NCBI GenBank assembly: GCA_045587745.1
Contig: JAZNCU010000029.1
Span: 2,902-66,901, forward strand
Length of the DNA: 64,000 bases
Source: Eubacteriales bacterium
GTDB taxonomy: Bacteria > Bacillota > Clostridia > Oscillospirales > CAG-382
Direction of reading: 5' to 3'
Both the position numbers and the translations under genes were made by a program. The notes under the pieces are model-generated. The model made no database searches. It saw nothing but the letters and a program-made list of their open reading frames with translations, and had not been told where the DNA came from. This document shows, in pieces, positions 9,964 through 19,522 of the stretch (position 1 is the first letter of the stretch; every line of letters starts with the position of its first letter).

Positions 9964-10001
9964 TCAACATATAGATACCAAAATATCTTATGCAGGACAA
10001 G

Positions 10002-10036
10002 AACGGACGCATTTATTGCGTCCGTTTCTGTTTCTA
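10002..10036 (+). terminator. Rho-independent terminator
   Basis: A 10-bp perfect stem, AACGGACGCA / TGCGTCCGTT, with loop TTTAT, followed by the T-rich tract TCTGTTTCTATT. Confidence 0.8.
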
Positions 10037-10065
10037 TTGCATTTTGTAATAAAATGTGATAGAAT
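10037..10065 (+). promoter_or_regulatory. sigma-A type promoter for ilvBN
   Basis: TTGCAT (10037-10042), a 17-nt spacer, then the extended -10 TGaTAGAAT (10057-10065). Confidence 0.5.
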
Positions 10066-10098
10066 AAAAGCCAATGTAAAAAAAAGGAGGTATTTTCC

Positions 10099-11628
10099 GT
10101 GAACGGAAGCGCAATCACAGTAAAATGCTTACGCTCGCTCGGCGTAGACACGGTATTCGGTTATCCCGGCGGAAGTATACTTCCGCTTATAGACGCCATT
10201 GCCGCCGACGGTCATATTGATCTGATCGTAAATACTCACGAGCAGTTCTGTGCTTTTGCGGCTGACGGCTATGCAAGGTCATCGGGTAAGGTCGGAGTCT
10301 GTCTTGCAACCAGCGGCCCCGGTGCTACTAATCTCGTAACCGGTATTGCAAATGCCTATATGGACAGCATACCCGTTGTGGCAATTACGGGCAACGTTCC
10401 TACGACTCTTTTGGGAACCGATGCTTTTCAGGAGATAGATATTGCAGGCGTGACTATGCCCATCACCAAGCATAACTTTATCGTCAAGAGCGTCGAGTCG
10501 CTTGTCCCCACTCTCGTTTCGGCATTTGCTATTGCTTCCGGCGGACGGAAGGGTCCTGTGCTGGTGGATATCCCGTCGGATATCTTCGTGGCGAGCTGTG
10601 CGTATAAAAAGTATTCTTACAATATGCCCGTAAAGTCGGTTGAAGGGGACGTACATGCGGTCGCAAGGCTTATAAATGAGTCCGAGCATCCCTTTATCTG
10701 CGTAGGGGGCGGAGTTATTTCGGCGGGTGCCGGCAAGGTATTCTCGGAGTTTGCCCACCGACTTTCGGCTCCCGTGGCGTCTACCGCTATGGGTATCGGA
10801 GCGTTTGACGGAAGCGATCCGCTTTACTGCGGCCTGTTTGGTGTCAATGCGTCCGAAAAAGCGAGTGAGCTGTTTGAAAAATGCGATTTGATGATCGCTA
10901 TAGGAACACGTTTTTCCGACCGTATGCTCTCGTTTGTCCGCACTAACAAAAATTGCAAGGTAATACACATAGATATTGATGGTGCCGAGATAGACAAAAA
11001 TCTCTCGCCCTGCGGTGCGCTTACAGGGGATGCGGGTGACGTGCTGGGGCTGCTTACGCCGCTTGTGAATAAGCGTTGCCACAGCGGCAAAGCCTTTGTA
11101 AACGAGCCGAAAACAGGCGTTTTCTCGCTTATAAGCAAGTATTTTCCCGATTCGATTTATACGACCGAGGTCGGCCTTCATCAGGTCAGCGCCTGTAAAA
11201 ATCTTGCCGTCCGCTATCCGAGGCAGTTTCTTACCAGCGGTGGACTCGGAGCGATGGGCTTTGGATTGCCTGCGGCTATCGGAGCTTCGGTTGCAAATAA
11301 AAAGCAGGTGGTCGTAATTGCCGGTGACGGCAGCTTTAATATGAATATGCAGGAGCTTGCTACCGCCGTAAAATACAAGCTTCCAATTACGGTTATTATC
11401 ATAAACAACCGTTCACTCGGTATGATTGAGAGCTGGCAGAAACGGGAGTTTGGCGGTCGTATCGTGGCGGCAGATACCCCTGCTATCGACTATATGACGC
11501 TCGGACGCTCGTTCGGAGCCGACGTTTACCGTGCCGAAAGTATAGTTGCGCTTGAGGAAGCTCTTGCTCAGTCAAGCGGAAAGCGAGCCGTTGCGCTCAT
11601 AGAATATCTTACGGAGGAGCCGTTATGA
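10099..11628 (+). CDS. ilvB: acetolactate synthase large subunit (ThDP-dependent)
   Basis: 509 aa with a GTG start after AAGGAGG. It shows LRSLGVDTVFGYPGGSILPLIDA, TSGPGATNLVTGIANAYMDSIPVV, and the ThDP motif GLGAMGFGLPAAIGA...GDGSFNMN. Confidence 0.9.
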   Translation: MNGSAITVKCLRSLGVDTVFGYPGGSILPLIDAIAADGHIDLIVNTHEQFCAFAADGYARSSGKVGVCLATSGPGATNLVTGIANAYMDSIPVVAITGNVPTTLLGTDAFQEIDIAGVTMPITKHNFIVKSVESLVPTLVSAFAIASGGRKGPVLVDIPSDIFVASCAYKKYSYNMPVKSVEGDVHAVARLINESEHPFICVGGGVISAGAGKVFSEFAHRLSAPVASTAMGIGAFDGSDPLYCGLFGVNASEKASELFEKCDLMIAIGTRFSDRMLSFVRTNKNCKVIHIDIDGAEIDKNLSPCGALTGDAGDVLGLLTPLVNKRCHSGKAFVNEPKTGVFSLISKYFPDSIYTTEVGLHQVSACKNLAVRYPRQFLTSGGLGAMGFGLPAAIGASVANKKQVVVIAGDGSFNMNMQELATAVKYKLPITVIIINNRSLGMIESWQKREFGGRIVAADTPAIDYMTLGRSFGADVYRAESIVALEEALAQSSGKRAVALIEYLTEEPL

Positions 11629-12101
11629 AAAGCTATCTTATTTCGGTTTTTGTAAATAACCATTTCGGTGTGCTGACAAGAATCTCGGGACTGTTTGCAC
11701 GCAGAGGGTATAATATTAAAAGTCTCACGGTTGGCGAGACCGATGACCCTGCTGTTTCTCGTATGACCATTGAGTTTTTCGGTGATGAGCATACCCTCGT
11801 ACAGATACGCAAGCAGCTCCTCAAGGTCGTTGACGTGCTTTCGGTGCATGTGCTCGATGATGCGGTATGCCGTGAGCTGTTTTTGGTAAAGGTACGTGCC
11901 GACGATGCTACCCGTGAGACTGTAAAGGGTGTTGCTGAGATTTTTAAGGCGAAAATCGTCGATATCTGTCCCGATAGCCTTATTTTTGAAATATCGGGCG
12001 AGGAGGGCAAAACCGCTTCCTTTTTCGATATGATGAAAACCTACGGTGTTATTGAAATATCCCGTACCGGCGTTACCGCCCTGCAACGAGGAAACAAATA
12101 A
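11625..12101 (+). CDS. ilvN: acetolactate synthase small (regulatory) subunit
   Basis: 158 aa with the ACT-domain signature SVFVNNHFGVLTRISGLFARRGYNIKSLTVGET. Its start overlaps the ilvB stop (ATGA). Confidence 0.9.
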   Translation: MKSYLISVFVNNHFGVLTRISGLFARRGYNIKSLTVGETDDPAVSRMTIEFFGDEHTLVQIRKQLLKVVDVLSVHVLDDAVCRELFLVKVRADDATRETVKGVAEIFKAKIVDICPDSLIFEISGEEGKTASFFDMMKTYGVIEISRTGVTALQRGNK

Positions 12102-12107
12102 AAATCA

Positions 12108-12142
12108 GCCTGCCTTGGTCTGACCAAAGCAGGCATTTTTTT
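12108..12142. terminator. bidirectional Rho-independent terminator between convergent genes
   Basis: Stem GCCTGCCTTGG / CCAAAGCAGGC with one mismatch, followed by ATTTTTTT. An A-run lies on the other side. It overlaps the stop of the minus-strand gene. Confidence 0.75.
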
Positions 12143-13859
12143 ATTCTGCTAATTCAAACGGCATACTAAAGCTGAACGCACGGTCGACCTTGGCATCGAG
12201 AAAGTCCCGGTCAAATTTATTGTAAACAGAGGAGAAATATCTGTTTTGCTTGATGTGCTTTTCAATGAGCTGTACCGCCTTTTTGCCAAAATCCGCTCCG
12301 GGAGTTTCGCTGAAATAACCCGTAATCCTGTCGCCATCGAATACTATGCGGATGACACGCTTGTAGGGATGCTCGCAAAAAACGGTACTTAGCTTCAGGA
12401 CGGGTATTCCGTCCTCGTTCTCGGCAAGGGAGGCGTGGTTGCTGAGCTCAAACAGCTCTTCGCCTATCCTGACATTTTCGCGCAATGGTTCTGCCAGACC
12501 GAAATGCACCTTATAAACCTCACCGACCTCCTCAAACGTAACGTTGGCGACGCCTTCCTCAAATGCTACGGTGATCCTTTTCAGGCCTTTTGCATAGTTG
12601 TTCTGTATTGCCTGCAGCATAAGCGGAGCAAATCCCGTCGAGCCGGCTGTCCTGCTTCTCGGAACGATCGAAAAGCTGCCGCCGCATGGGATATCGTCAA
12701 TGCGTATACCGATCTGCTTGGGAGGAATACGGTTGAGCCCGTACTGTGCCTGCCTGAGCGAGTCATAAGCTTCCTCATCGTCAGGTATGCTCTCGGGAAA
12801 ATCTCCCGAAAAATATTTATCGGATATTTCAAAGAACTTATTTGTCTGAAACAGGTCTCCGTTGCCGCAGTTAGAGACGATGATGATACCGTTGTTCCTG
12901 TAGCAAAGCATATTCTGTCCGAGCATTCCGTTGAACAAAAATTTGTCTTGCGTCCTGCCGTACCACATATGGTATCCGTAGTTGAAATCACCGTATGACG
13001 GAGGAGCGATAACTCCTGCGCTTAAAGCGCTTTGCAGATACTTTTTACTTATGAGTCTTTTGCCGTTCCAAACACCGCCGCTCAGTACAAGCTGACCGAG
13101 CTTTGCGAGGTCATCGGGAAACAGGTAAAGGCCCCAGCCGCCTTTTTCGATGCCGTCGGGACTGAGCTCCCAATAAAAATCGGTTATGCCCAAAGCACCG
13201 AAAATCGTTTCTCTCAGGTAATCCGAAACGCTTTTTCCCGTAATTCGGGTAATCAGTGCGGCAAGCATATAGCTGTTCATACTGTTGTATTTGAAGGTCG
13301 TGCCCGCTTCACCCGAGGTTTCGGAAGACAGAAAGCCTGTTATCCAATCCTCCGAGACCATAGCGTCTGCCTCGGAAAAGCTCACGGTGCTCCTCATCGT
13401 AAGGAGGTCCTCAACGGTTATGCCCGAAAGCCGCAGATAATTAACCGACGGCAGCTTTACATCAAAATAGTCTACCAGCCTGCCTTTTACGTTGAGCTTT
13501 CTTTCACGCACGAGCGAGCCGATAGCAAGTGAGATAACCGATTTGCTCTCCGAAAAACAGTTCTTCCAGGTATCGCATAGCAATCCGCCTGTCGCACCCG
13601 TAAAAAGGTTTTTGCCAAAGCGCAGGATATGAATACTTTGAAGTCCAACCTCCGAGCAGGAGGCAAGCTCACGGAAATAACATTCCACGTGCCGGCTGGG
13701 TATACCGCATTCCTCGGGAGTTGAACGCTCGGAAAATATTGCCCTTTCGGGACAATCGGGCTTTTTAGTGCGCAAGGGTATACGCTCTATGGTGCGCCTG
13801 CCCGTATCTAGTATATTTCGCAACAGCGACAGCGCTTTTGTTTTTGTTGACAGTGGCAT
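12141..13859 (-). CDS. serine hydrolase, class-C beta-lactamase/PBP-like family, with extra C-terminal domain
   Basis: 572 aa. It has an S-x-x-K motif (SESK) in the N-terminal third and a later YSN-like element (YNSMNSY). Overall it resembles beta-lactamase-related esterases. The roughly 200-aa C-terminal region is unassigned. Confidence 0.65.
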   Translation of the reverse strand: MPLSTKTKALSLLRNILDTGRRTIERIPLRTKKPDCPERAIFSERSTPEECGIPSRHVECYFRELASCSEVGLQSIHILRFGKNLFTGATGGLLCDTWKNCFSESKSVISLAIGSLVRERKLNVKGRLVDYFDVKLPSVNYLRLSGITVEDLLTMRSTVSFSEADAMVSEDWITGFLSSETSGEAGTTFKYNSMNSYMLAALITRITGKSVSDYLRETIFGALGITDFYWELSPDGIEKGGWGLYLFPDDLAKLGQLVLSGGVWNGKRLISKKYLQSALSAGVIAPPSYGDFNYGYHMWYGRTQDKFLFNGMLGQNMLCYRNNGIIIVSNCGNGDLFQTNKFFEISDKYFSGDFPESIPDDEEAYDSLRQAQYGLNRIPPKQIGIRIDDIPCGGSFSIVPRSRTAGSTGFAPLMLQAIQNNYAKGLKRITVAFEEGVANVTFEEVGEVYKVHFGLAEPLRENVRIGEELFELSNHASLAENEDGIPVLKLSTVFCEHPYKRVIRIVFDGDRITGYFSETPGADFGKKAVQLIEKHIKQNRYFSSVYNKFDRDFLDAKVDRAFSFSMPFELAE

Positions 13860-13945
13860 GGTCTCCCTCCGTTCTCAGGTTAATAACACGATATCAGTAT
13901 ACAGTAAATAAAATAAAACGGCAACGCTAAATTTTTAAGCTTTTG

Positions 13946-13974
13946 TTGCCAATTTTGAAAATCTGTGGTACAAT
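13946..13974 (+). promoter_or_regulatory. sigma-A type promoter for deoC-cdd-pdp
   Basis: TTGCCA (13946-13951), a 17-nt spacer, then the extended -10 TGgTACAAT (13966-13974). Confidence 0.5.
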
Positions 13975-14030
13975 TATGTAGTAAAAGAGTATGATTTCAG
14001 CTTACAAAACATTCGGGAGGAACAATTATT

Positions 14031-14693
14031 ATGGATATTAAAAGCATTCTTTCAAAGGTTGACCATACCTTGCTGTCGCCTACGTCGGGCAACGAGGCTA
14101 TAATCAAGCTCTGCGATGAGGGAGTCGGATACGGTGTTGCTTCGGTTTGTATTCCTCCCTGCTACGTAGCGTTTGCAAGCGGGTATCTTGCGGGTAGGCT
14201 TCCGGTTTGTACCGTTATCGGCTTTCCCAACGGCTATTCAACTACGGCGGTAAAATGCTTTGAGGCAGAGGAAGCTATCAAAAACGGAGCAGAGGAGATT
14301 GACACCGTTGTTAACCTCTGCCACCTTAAAAACAAAGAGTTTGACAAAATAGAGCAGGAGCTTTGCGAGCTTCGCAGGGCTACAAACGGTAAAATTCTCA
14401 AGGTTATAGTCGAAACGGGACTTCTTACCGATGACGAAAAAATTACGATGTGTAAAATCGTTCACCAAAGCGGAGCCGATTATATAAAAACCTCTACCGG
14501 ATTTCTTGCGGGCGGCGCAACCGAGCACGACGTCAGAATCCTTGTGGAAAATGCGCCCGAGGGTCTGCTGGTAAAGGCATCGGGCGGTATTTCCTCGCTC
14601 GAGGATGCACAGAGCTATATTTCGATAGGCGCATCCCGTCTCGGTACGTCCAGGCTTATCGGACTTGCAAAGGAGTATCTTGATGAAAATTGA
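14031..14693 (+). CDS. deoC: deoxyribose-phosphate aldolase
   Basis: 220 aa. It shows VDHTLL, VCIPP, CTVIGFPNG, the Schiff-base lysine context DYIKTSTGF, and KASGGI. Confidence 0.92.
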   Translation: MDIKSILSKVDHTLLSPTSGNEAIIKLCDEGVGYGVASVCIPPCYVAFASGYLAGRLPVCTVIGFPNGYSTTAVKCFEAEEAIKNGAEEIDTVVNLCHLKNKEFDKIEQELCELRRATNGKILKVIVETGLLTDDEKITMCKIVHQSGADYIKTSTGFLAGGATEHDVRILVENAPEGLLVKASGGISSLEDAQSYISIGASRLGTSRLIGLAKEYLDEN

Positions 14694-15096
14694 TTCAAAA
14701 CAGCTCGTCGCGCTTGCGTTTGACAGTGCAAAAAAAGCCTATGCGCCTTATTCGGGCTGCTGTGTGGGTGCGGCTCTGCTGACAAAAAGCGGAAAGCTCT
14801 ATTTTGGCTGCAATATCGAAAACGCATCCTATTCTCCCACAGTATGTGCCGAGCGAGTAGCAATATTCAAGGCTGTCAGCGAGGGAGAAAAGGAGTTTGA
14901 TTCCATTGCTGTCGCCTGCATCAAAAACGGTGCACCCTCCTCGGCGTTTCCTCCCTGCGGGGTTTGCCGTCAGGTAATGTCGGAGTTTTTTGATGCCGAT
15001 ACAAAAATCCTTGTTGCAAGCGGTGACGGCTTTGATGAGTATACACTCTCACAGCTTTTGCCCAACGGATTCTCGCCAAAGCATCTGGAGGAATGA
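14683..15096 (+). CDS. cdd: cytidine deaminase
   Basis: The preferred start is ATG 14683 (AAGGAG 8 nt upstream), overlapping the deoC end. The zinc motifs CAERVA and PCGVCRQ are present, as is AYAPYS. Confidence 0.9.
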   Translation: MKIDSKQLVALAFDSAKKAYAPYSGCCVGAALLTKSGKLYFGCNIENASYSPTVCAERVAIFKAVSEGEKEFDSIAVACIKNGAPSSAFPPCGVCRQVMSEFFDADTKILVASGDGFDEYTLSQLLPNGFSPKHLEE

Positions 15097-15097
15097 A

Positions 15098-16399
15098 ATG
15101 CGTATCAACGATATTATCCGCAAAAAGCGTGACGGCTATGAGCTCGGCGAGGCGGAGATAAAATTTTTTGTATCGGGTATCGTAAGCGGCGAGATTCCCG
15201 ATTATCAGGCATCTGCTCTGCTTATGGCAATGTTTCTCCGTGGAATGACCGATAACGAAACCACAACCCTAACCCTTGCTATGGCGTATTCGGGAAGCAC
15301 TGCCGATCTTTCGTCGCTTGGGCGTTATTCCGCCGATAAGCACAGCACGGGCGGAGTAGGGGACAAAACCACCCTTGTCGTTGCGCCCCTGGCAGCATCG
15401 CTCGGTTGCAGGATTGCAAAAATGTCAGGCAGAGGACTTGGGCACACAGGCGGCACGGTCGATAAACTTGAGTCGATTCCGGGCTTCCGTGTTTCGATGA
15501 ATTCCGACGATTTTCTTGCACAGGCAAAGGAATGCGGCGTTTGCGTTATCGGTGCAGGTGCCGAGCTTGCTCCTGCCGACAAAAAGCTTTATGCACTGCG
15601 TGACGTGACCTCGACCGTTGACAGCATTCCGCTTATCGTTTCGAGCATTATGAGCAAAAAGATAGCCGGCGGCTCGCATAATATCGTCCTCGATGTCAAA
15701 ACGGGAAGCGGCGCTTTTATGAAAACTGTTGACGACTCCCGTGCGCTTGCCGAGGGTATGGTCAGAATAGGCAAGAACGTCGGACGCAACGTCACGGCGG
15801 TTATTACCGATATGGATATTCCGCTTGGTAGTGCTATCGGAAATGCGCTTGAGGTGCGTGAGTCTGTCGAGGTGCTGAGAGGTATGCACGTGGGCACACC
15901 CCTTTACGAGGTATGTATCACTCTTGCAGCCGAGCTCGCTTCTCTCACGCTATCGATAACACCCGATGAGGCACGTGCGATGGCTGAGGAATCGCTTAAA
16001 AACGGAAGGGCGTACTCTGTATTCCTCGAATGGATCAAATCGCAGGGCGGTGATTTTACCGTTTTCGACAACCCCGATTTCGGTATGGCACGCTATTCAT
16101 ACGAGGTTTGCGCCCCCTGCGACGGTTATATTGTCGGTTGTGATGCCGAGGGTATAGGCGTTGCTTCAATGCTTCTCGGAGCGGGCAGAGCGACAAAAGA
16201 GGACAGTATCGATTATACCGCAGGTATTATCAACCGATACAGTTATACCGACCGCATCGGGAAGGGCGACGTTATTGCTACGCTTTACGCATCCGACAGA
16301 TCGCTTTTTGCGGCATCCGAGGCAAAATATATCGAGTCGCTTACGTTTGGTGAATCTCCCCGTCAAACCGGCTCGGCAGTAATAGAGATTATACGATAA
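15098..16399 (+). CDS. pdp: pyrimidine-nucleoside (thymidine) phosphorylase
   Basis: The preferred start is ATG 15098 (GGAGGAA upstream). It shows IIRKKRDG..L...EI.FFV.G, DKHSTGGVGDKT and KMSGRGLGHTGGT. Confidence 0.92.
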   Translation: MRINDIIRKKRDGYELGEAEIKFFVSGIVSGEIPDYQASALLMAMFLRGMTDNETTTLTLAMAYSGSTADLSSLGRYSADKHSTGGVGDKTTLVVAPLAASLGCRIAKMSGRGLGHTGGTVDKLESIPGFRVSMNSDDFLAQAKECGVCVIGAGAELAPADKKLYALRDVTSTVDSIPLIVSSIMSKKIAGGSHNIVLDVKTGSGAFMKTVDDSRALAEGMVRIGKNVGRNVTAVITDMDIPLGSAIGNALEVRESVEVLRGMHVGTPLYEVCITLAAELASLTLSITPDEARAMAEESLKNGRAYSVFLEWIKSQGGDFTVFDNPDFGMARYSYEVCAPCDGYIVGCDAEGIGVASMLLGAGRATKEDSIDYTAGIINRYSYTDRIGKGDVIATLYASDRSLFAASEAKYIESLTFGESPRQTGSAVIEIIR

Positions 16400-16414
16400 A
16401 TATCGTACCTGCAA

Positions 16415-16450
16415 AATATTCCCTGCAACGCTTGCGCTGCAGGGAATATT
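16415..16450. terminator. shared hairpin between convergent pdp and murQ
   Basis: A 13-bp stem, AATATTCCCTGCA / TGCAGGGAATATT. The U-tracts are weak on both strands. Confidence 0.5.
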
Positions 16451-17277
16451 TAGTTACCCTCTATTTCGTCAATTGCGTCGGCAATGACGTTGTTGTTCCT
16501 CGTAAGTGCCTTTTCCGCCGTGTCGGGATCACAGCCTGTCTTGGCACAAATCATCCTGATAGCACGGTCAACCAGCTTTTTGTTGCTCGGCACCATATAC
16601 GCCATAAAATTTCCCCTGACCCTGCCAAAGCGTATCATCGCACCCGTTGAGAGCATATTGAGTATCATCTTCTGGGCGGTGCCGGCCTTCATTCTCGTGC
16701 TTCCGCTTATAACCTCGGGACCTACCTCGGCAATAATCGGAAGATCAACCATTAAGGCGAGATCGCTGTTTTTGTTGCAGGAAATGCAAATAGTAGGCGC
16801 ACCTACGCTTTTTGCGTATTCTATTGCGCCCTTTACGCAGTTTGCGCTTCCGCTTGCGCTGATAGCAACAAGCACGTCAAGCTCGCAAAAATCCTTTTCC
16901 TTCATTATCGAAACGATACTGCCAAAATCATCCTCGGCAAATTCCCTCGATGCGTAAAGAGCCTCGGTACCGCCTGCCATCAATCCCACAACTGTGTCAG
17001 CACTGACACCGTAGGTGGGAGGACATTCGGAAGCATCAAGCACTCCGAGCCTGCCCGACGTGCCCGCACCGCAGTAGTAAATGCTTCCGCCCTTTTTGAG
17101 CGCCGATGCAAGGATATCAATTCCGTTTGCAACCGCATCGAGGCATCTTTCAACGGCAAAGGCTACGGTCTTGTCCTCCTCGTTGATGCACTTGGCGATC
17201 TCAATCGAATTCATTTTATCGATACTTACTGTTTTTTCGTTATAGCTCTCGGTAGTGAGCCTGGAATAATCTGTCAT
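16450..17277 (-). CDS. murQ: N-acetylmuramic acid 6-phosphate etherase
   Basis: SIS-domain signature YCGAGTSGRLGVLDASECPPTYGV. The preferred start is ATG at 17277 (GGAGGCAAAT upstream). The track's TTG at 17289 lies inside the RBS. Confidence 0.9.
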   Translation of the reverse strand: MTDYSRLTTESYNEKTVSIDKMNSIEIAKCINEEDKTVAFAVERCLDAVANGIDILASALKKGGSIYYCGAGTSGRLGVLDASECPPTYGVSADTVVGLMAGGTEALYASREFAEDDFGSIVSIMKEKDFCELDVLVAISASGSANCVKGAIEYAKSVGAPTICISCNKNSDLALMVDLPIIAEVGPEVISGSTRMKAGTAQKMILNMLSTGAMIRFGRVRGNFMAYMVPSNKKLVDRAIRMICAKTGCDPDTAEKALTRNNNVIADAIDEIEGN

Positions 17278-17361
17278 ATTTGCCTCCAAGGAATACCGTT
17301 TTAATACTGCGGTATTTTAGCATACCGTGTGTAAAATGTCAACAAAACGGAGGCATTATTA

Positions 17362-17390
17362 TTGACTTTAATTAGCCGTTGTGATACTAT
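17362..17390 (+). promoter_or_regulatory. sigma-A type promoter for the GT2-led operon
   Basis: TTGACT (17362-17367), a 17-nt spacer, then the extended -10 TGaTACTAT (17382-17390). Confidence 0.5.
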
Positions 17391-17430
17391 TAGGATGTAA
17401 TTATGTGTGTTTGTAAATGGAGGTGACGGC

Positions 17431-18384
17431 TTGGAACGAAAGCTTATCAGTGTTGTGGTACCCTGTCATGACGAGGCGGAGGCGCTTCCTCTGTTTTTCG
17501 AGGAGATCGATTCTGTCCGTAAAGTGATGAGCGATTACGATTTTGAGCTTGTTTTTGTCGATGACGGCTCTGCCGATGCTACGCTTGACGTATTGCGTGC
17601 ACGTGCAAGGGATGATTCTGCCAGCCGATATATCTCCTTTTCACGTAATTTCGGCAAGGAGGCAGGAATGCTTGCGGGTATGCGTGCCGCAAGGGGTGAC
17701 TACGCCGTTATTATGGATGCCGATCTGCAGGATCCTCCCTCGCTTCTTCCCCGTATGATGGAGCTTTTGCTTTCTTCGGGCAGCGATTCGGTTGGCACCC
17801 GTCGAGGCAACCGCAAGGGCGAGCCGGCTGTACGGAGCTTCTTTGCAAATTGCTTTTACGGTATAATTAACCGTATTTCAAAGGTGAAATTTGTCCCTGC
17901 CGCACGCGACTATCGCCTTATGACACGCAGAATGCTCGATGCGGTTCTTTCGCTTACCGAGTATAACCGCTTTACAAAGGGTATTTTTGAGTGGGTAGGC
18001 TTTAAAACCGAGTGGATCACGTATCCGAACATCAAACGTGCCGCCGGCAAAACAAAATGGTCCTTCGGCTCGCTGTTCCGCTATTCGCTTGACTGCATTA
18101 CCGCATTTTCAACTGTACCGCTTGCTATCAGCTCATATTGCGGAATGGGAATGTTTTTTATTTCGGTTATCGGAATGCTTGCCATCGTTATCCGAAAATT
18201 AGTTGATTCCGGTTCATCTATCGGGGGCTGGGCATCGACTGTATGCGTTATACTTTTTGTCGGCGGAGTGCAGCTTTTCTGTATAGGCGTTTTGGGCCAG
18301 TATCTGTCAAAAACCTATATGGAGGTCAAGCGCCGTCCCGATTATATTATTGCCGAAACCGAATGTGACAGAGAGGATAAATAA
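17431..18384 (+). CDS. GT2 polyprenyl-phosphate glycosyltransferase (GtrB/ArnC/DPM1-like)
   Basis: It shows ISVVVPCHDE, VFVDDGSAD, the DxD motif MDADLQDPP, and two C-terminal TM helices. The likely start is TTG 17431, which is 7 nt after GGAGG. The track start is GTG 17407. Confidence 0.8.
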   Translation: MERKLISVVVPCHDEAEALPLFFEEIDSVRKVMSDYDFELVFVDDGSADATLDVLRARARDDSASRYISFSRNFGKEAGMLAGMRAARGDYAVIMDADLQDPPSLLPRMMELLLSSGSDSVGTRRGNRKGEPAVRSFFANCFYGIINRISKVKFVPAARDYRLMTRRMLDAVLSLTEYNRFTKGIFEWVGFKTEWITYPNIKRAAGKTKWSFGSLFRYSLDCITAFSTVPLAISSYCGMGMFFISVIGMLAIVIRKLVDSGSSIGGWASTVCVILFVGGVQLFCIGVLGQYLSKTYMEVKRRPDYIIAETECDREDK

Positions 18385-18386
18385 CT

Positions 18387-19172
18387 ATGAAGCTTGGAAT
18401 TATCGCACCGCAGCACAACAAAATGGGAATTGAATACGTTGCAAACCTCGGGCTGAAATGGACTGAGTTTGACGTGAATGACGATGATATTTCCTACCTC
18501 AATATTCCCGAGATAAAGAGTGCGCTTGACGAGTACGGAGTAAATATCGGTGCGGTCGGCCGCTGGGGCAGACCGAGAATCAATAAAGACGGAAGCATCA
18601 ATACAAAGGAACAGAATGACGAGAGGGCACTTATTGATTTTTGCCGTGAGGTTGGATGCCCCGTATATATCTGCGGTGTCAACTACGTCCCGGAGATCAG
18701 CCTCTATTCCAACTATTCCTCGGCTATTGCTTATATTCAGTCACTCGTCGACTATGCCGGAGGCGACGTAAAGGTTTGTATCTACAACTGCTCGTGGCAT
18801 AACTATCTGTACGATGAAACCGCCTGGAAGCTCGTCGGTGGTCATATCCCTGCGCTGGGAATCAAATTTGATCCGTCGCACTCAATTAACGGAGGCCGTG
18901 ATTATATCCGCGAGACGCTTGACTACGGTCATATGTTCTATCACGTACACCTCAAGGGTACTATCAATATCGACGGTGTCCACGTTGACGATCCCCCTGC
19001 GGGCCTTGACAGCATCAACTGGGGAATGTTCCTCTCGCTGCTTGCAAAGCAGGGCTATGACGGTATGCTTTCTATCGAGCCTCACTCGGCTACCTGGCAG
19101 GGCGAGCTCGGAAGCAGGGGAGTAGAGTACAGCGTTAACTACTTCAAAAACACCCCCTTCGTTACCGAATAA
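18387..19172 (+). CDS. xylose-isomerase-like TIM-barrel protein (sugar phosphate isomerase/epimerase family)
   Basis: 261 aa with metal-ligand-like positions (FDPSH, HVHLKG, SIEPH) typical of PF01261. It starts 2 nt after the GT2 stop. Confidence 0.75.
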   Translation: MKLGIIAPQHNKMGIEYVANLGLKWTEFDVNDDDISYLNIPEIKSALDEYGVNIGAVGRWGRPRINKDGSINTKEQNDERALIDFCREVGCPVYICGVNYVPEISLYSNYSSAIAYIQSLVDYAGGDVKVCIYNCSWHNYLYDETAWKLVGGHIPALGIKFDPSHSINGGRDYIRETLDYGHMFYHVHLKGTINIDGVHVDDPPAGLDSINWGMFLSLLAKQGYDGMLSIEPHSATWQGELGSRGVEYSVNYFKNTPFVTE

Positions 19173-19504
19173 TGTTCGGTCGTAAGAAAAAGGCGCCCAA
19201 AGACACGGATTCCCCCGAGTTCAGGGTATATATGTGCGAAAAGCTTGATGGCAGATACCTCAAATACGTCCTTGAGCGTGATCCCGAAAAGGGTGACCGT
19301 GTTATTGGCAAAGGGGGAGTAATCAGCCTGTACGAGGGAGTACTCTCGGTAGTGTGCGGTGAAAAGACACTGTTTTCCTGTCCTGCCGAGGAGGTCAGCG
19401 CATGGGAGTTTATGTCGCTCGACGGTGCGTCGATAACGGGTGTTGACATTGAACAGGGCAGAGAACGTACCGTTCTCGCTTATTATACTTATTACAGAGA
19501 TTAA
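19172..19504 (+). CDS. hypothetical small beta-rich protein
   Basis: 110 aa. Its ATG shares one nt with the upstream TAA (TAATG), and codon usage resembles the neighbours. No motif was recognised. A long antisense ORF (19139-20080) covers it and was rejected. Confidence 0.55.
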   Translation: MFGRKKKAPKDTDSPEFRVYMCEKLDGRYLKYVLERDPEKGDRVIGKGGVISLYEGVLSVVCGEKTLFSCPAEEVSAWEFMSLDGASITGVDIEQGRERTVLAYYTYYRD

Positions 19505-19522
19505 ATAAAAACGGAGGACATT

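Noticed and set aside
10037-10098. T-box or leader-peptide attenuator upstream of ilvB, and likewise upstream of alaS and metG
   Set aside because: The available untranslated regions are only about 35, 26 and 13 nt. That is far too short for T-box or attenuator structures.
9194-10102. 302-aa plus-strand ORF overlapping the sigma-factor and zinc-ribbon genes in another frame
   Set aside because: It runs across an intergenic region and a strong terminator and has an S/R/P-rich composition. The two annotated genes have clear motifs.
10099-11628. The 509-aa IlvB looked short for an acetolactate synthase large subunit and might be truncated
   Set aside because: All three ThDP-enzyme domains and the GDG...N motif are present. 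The gene overlaps ilvN in the normal ATGA fashion, and no frameshift or premature-stop signature was seen.
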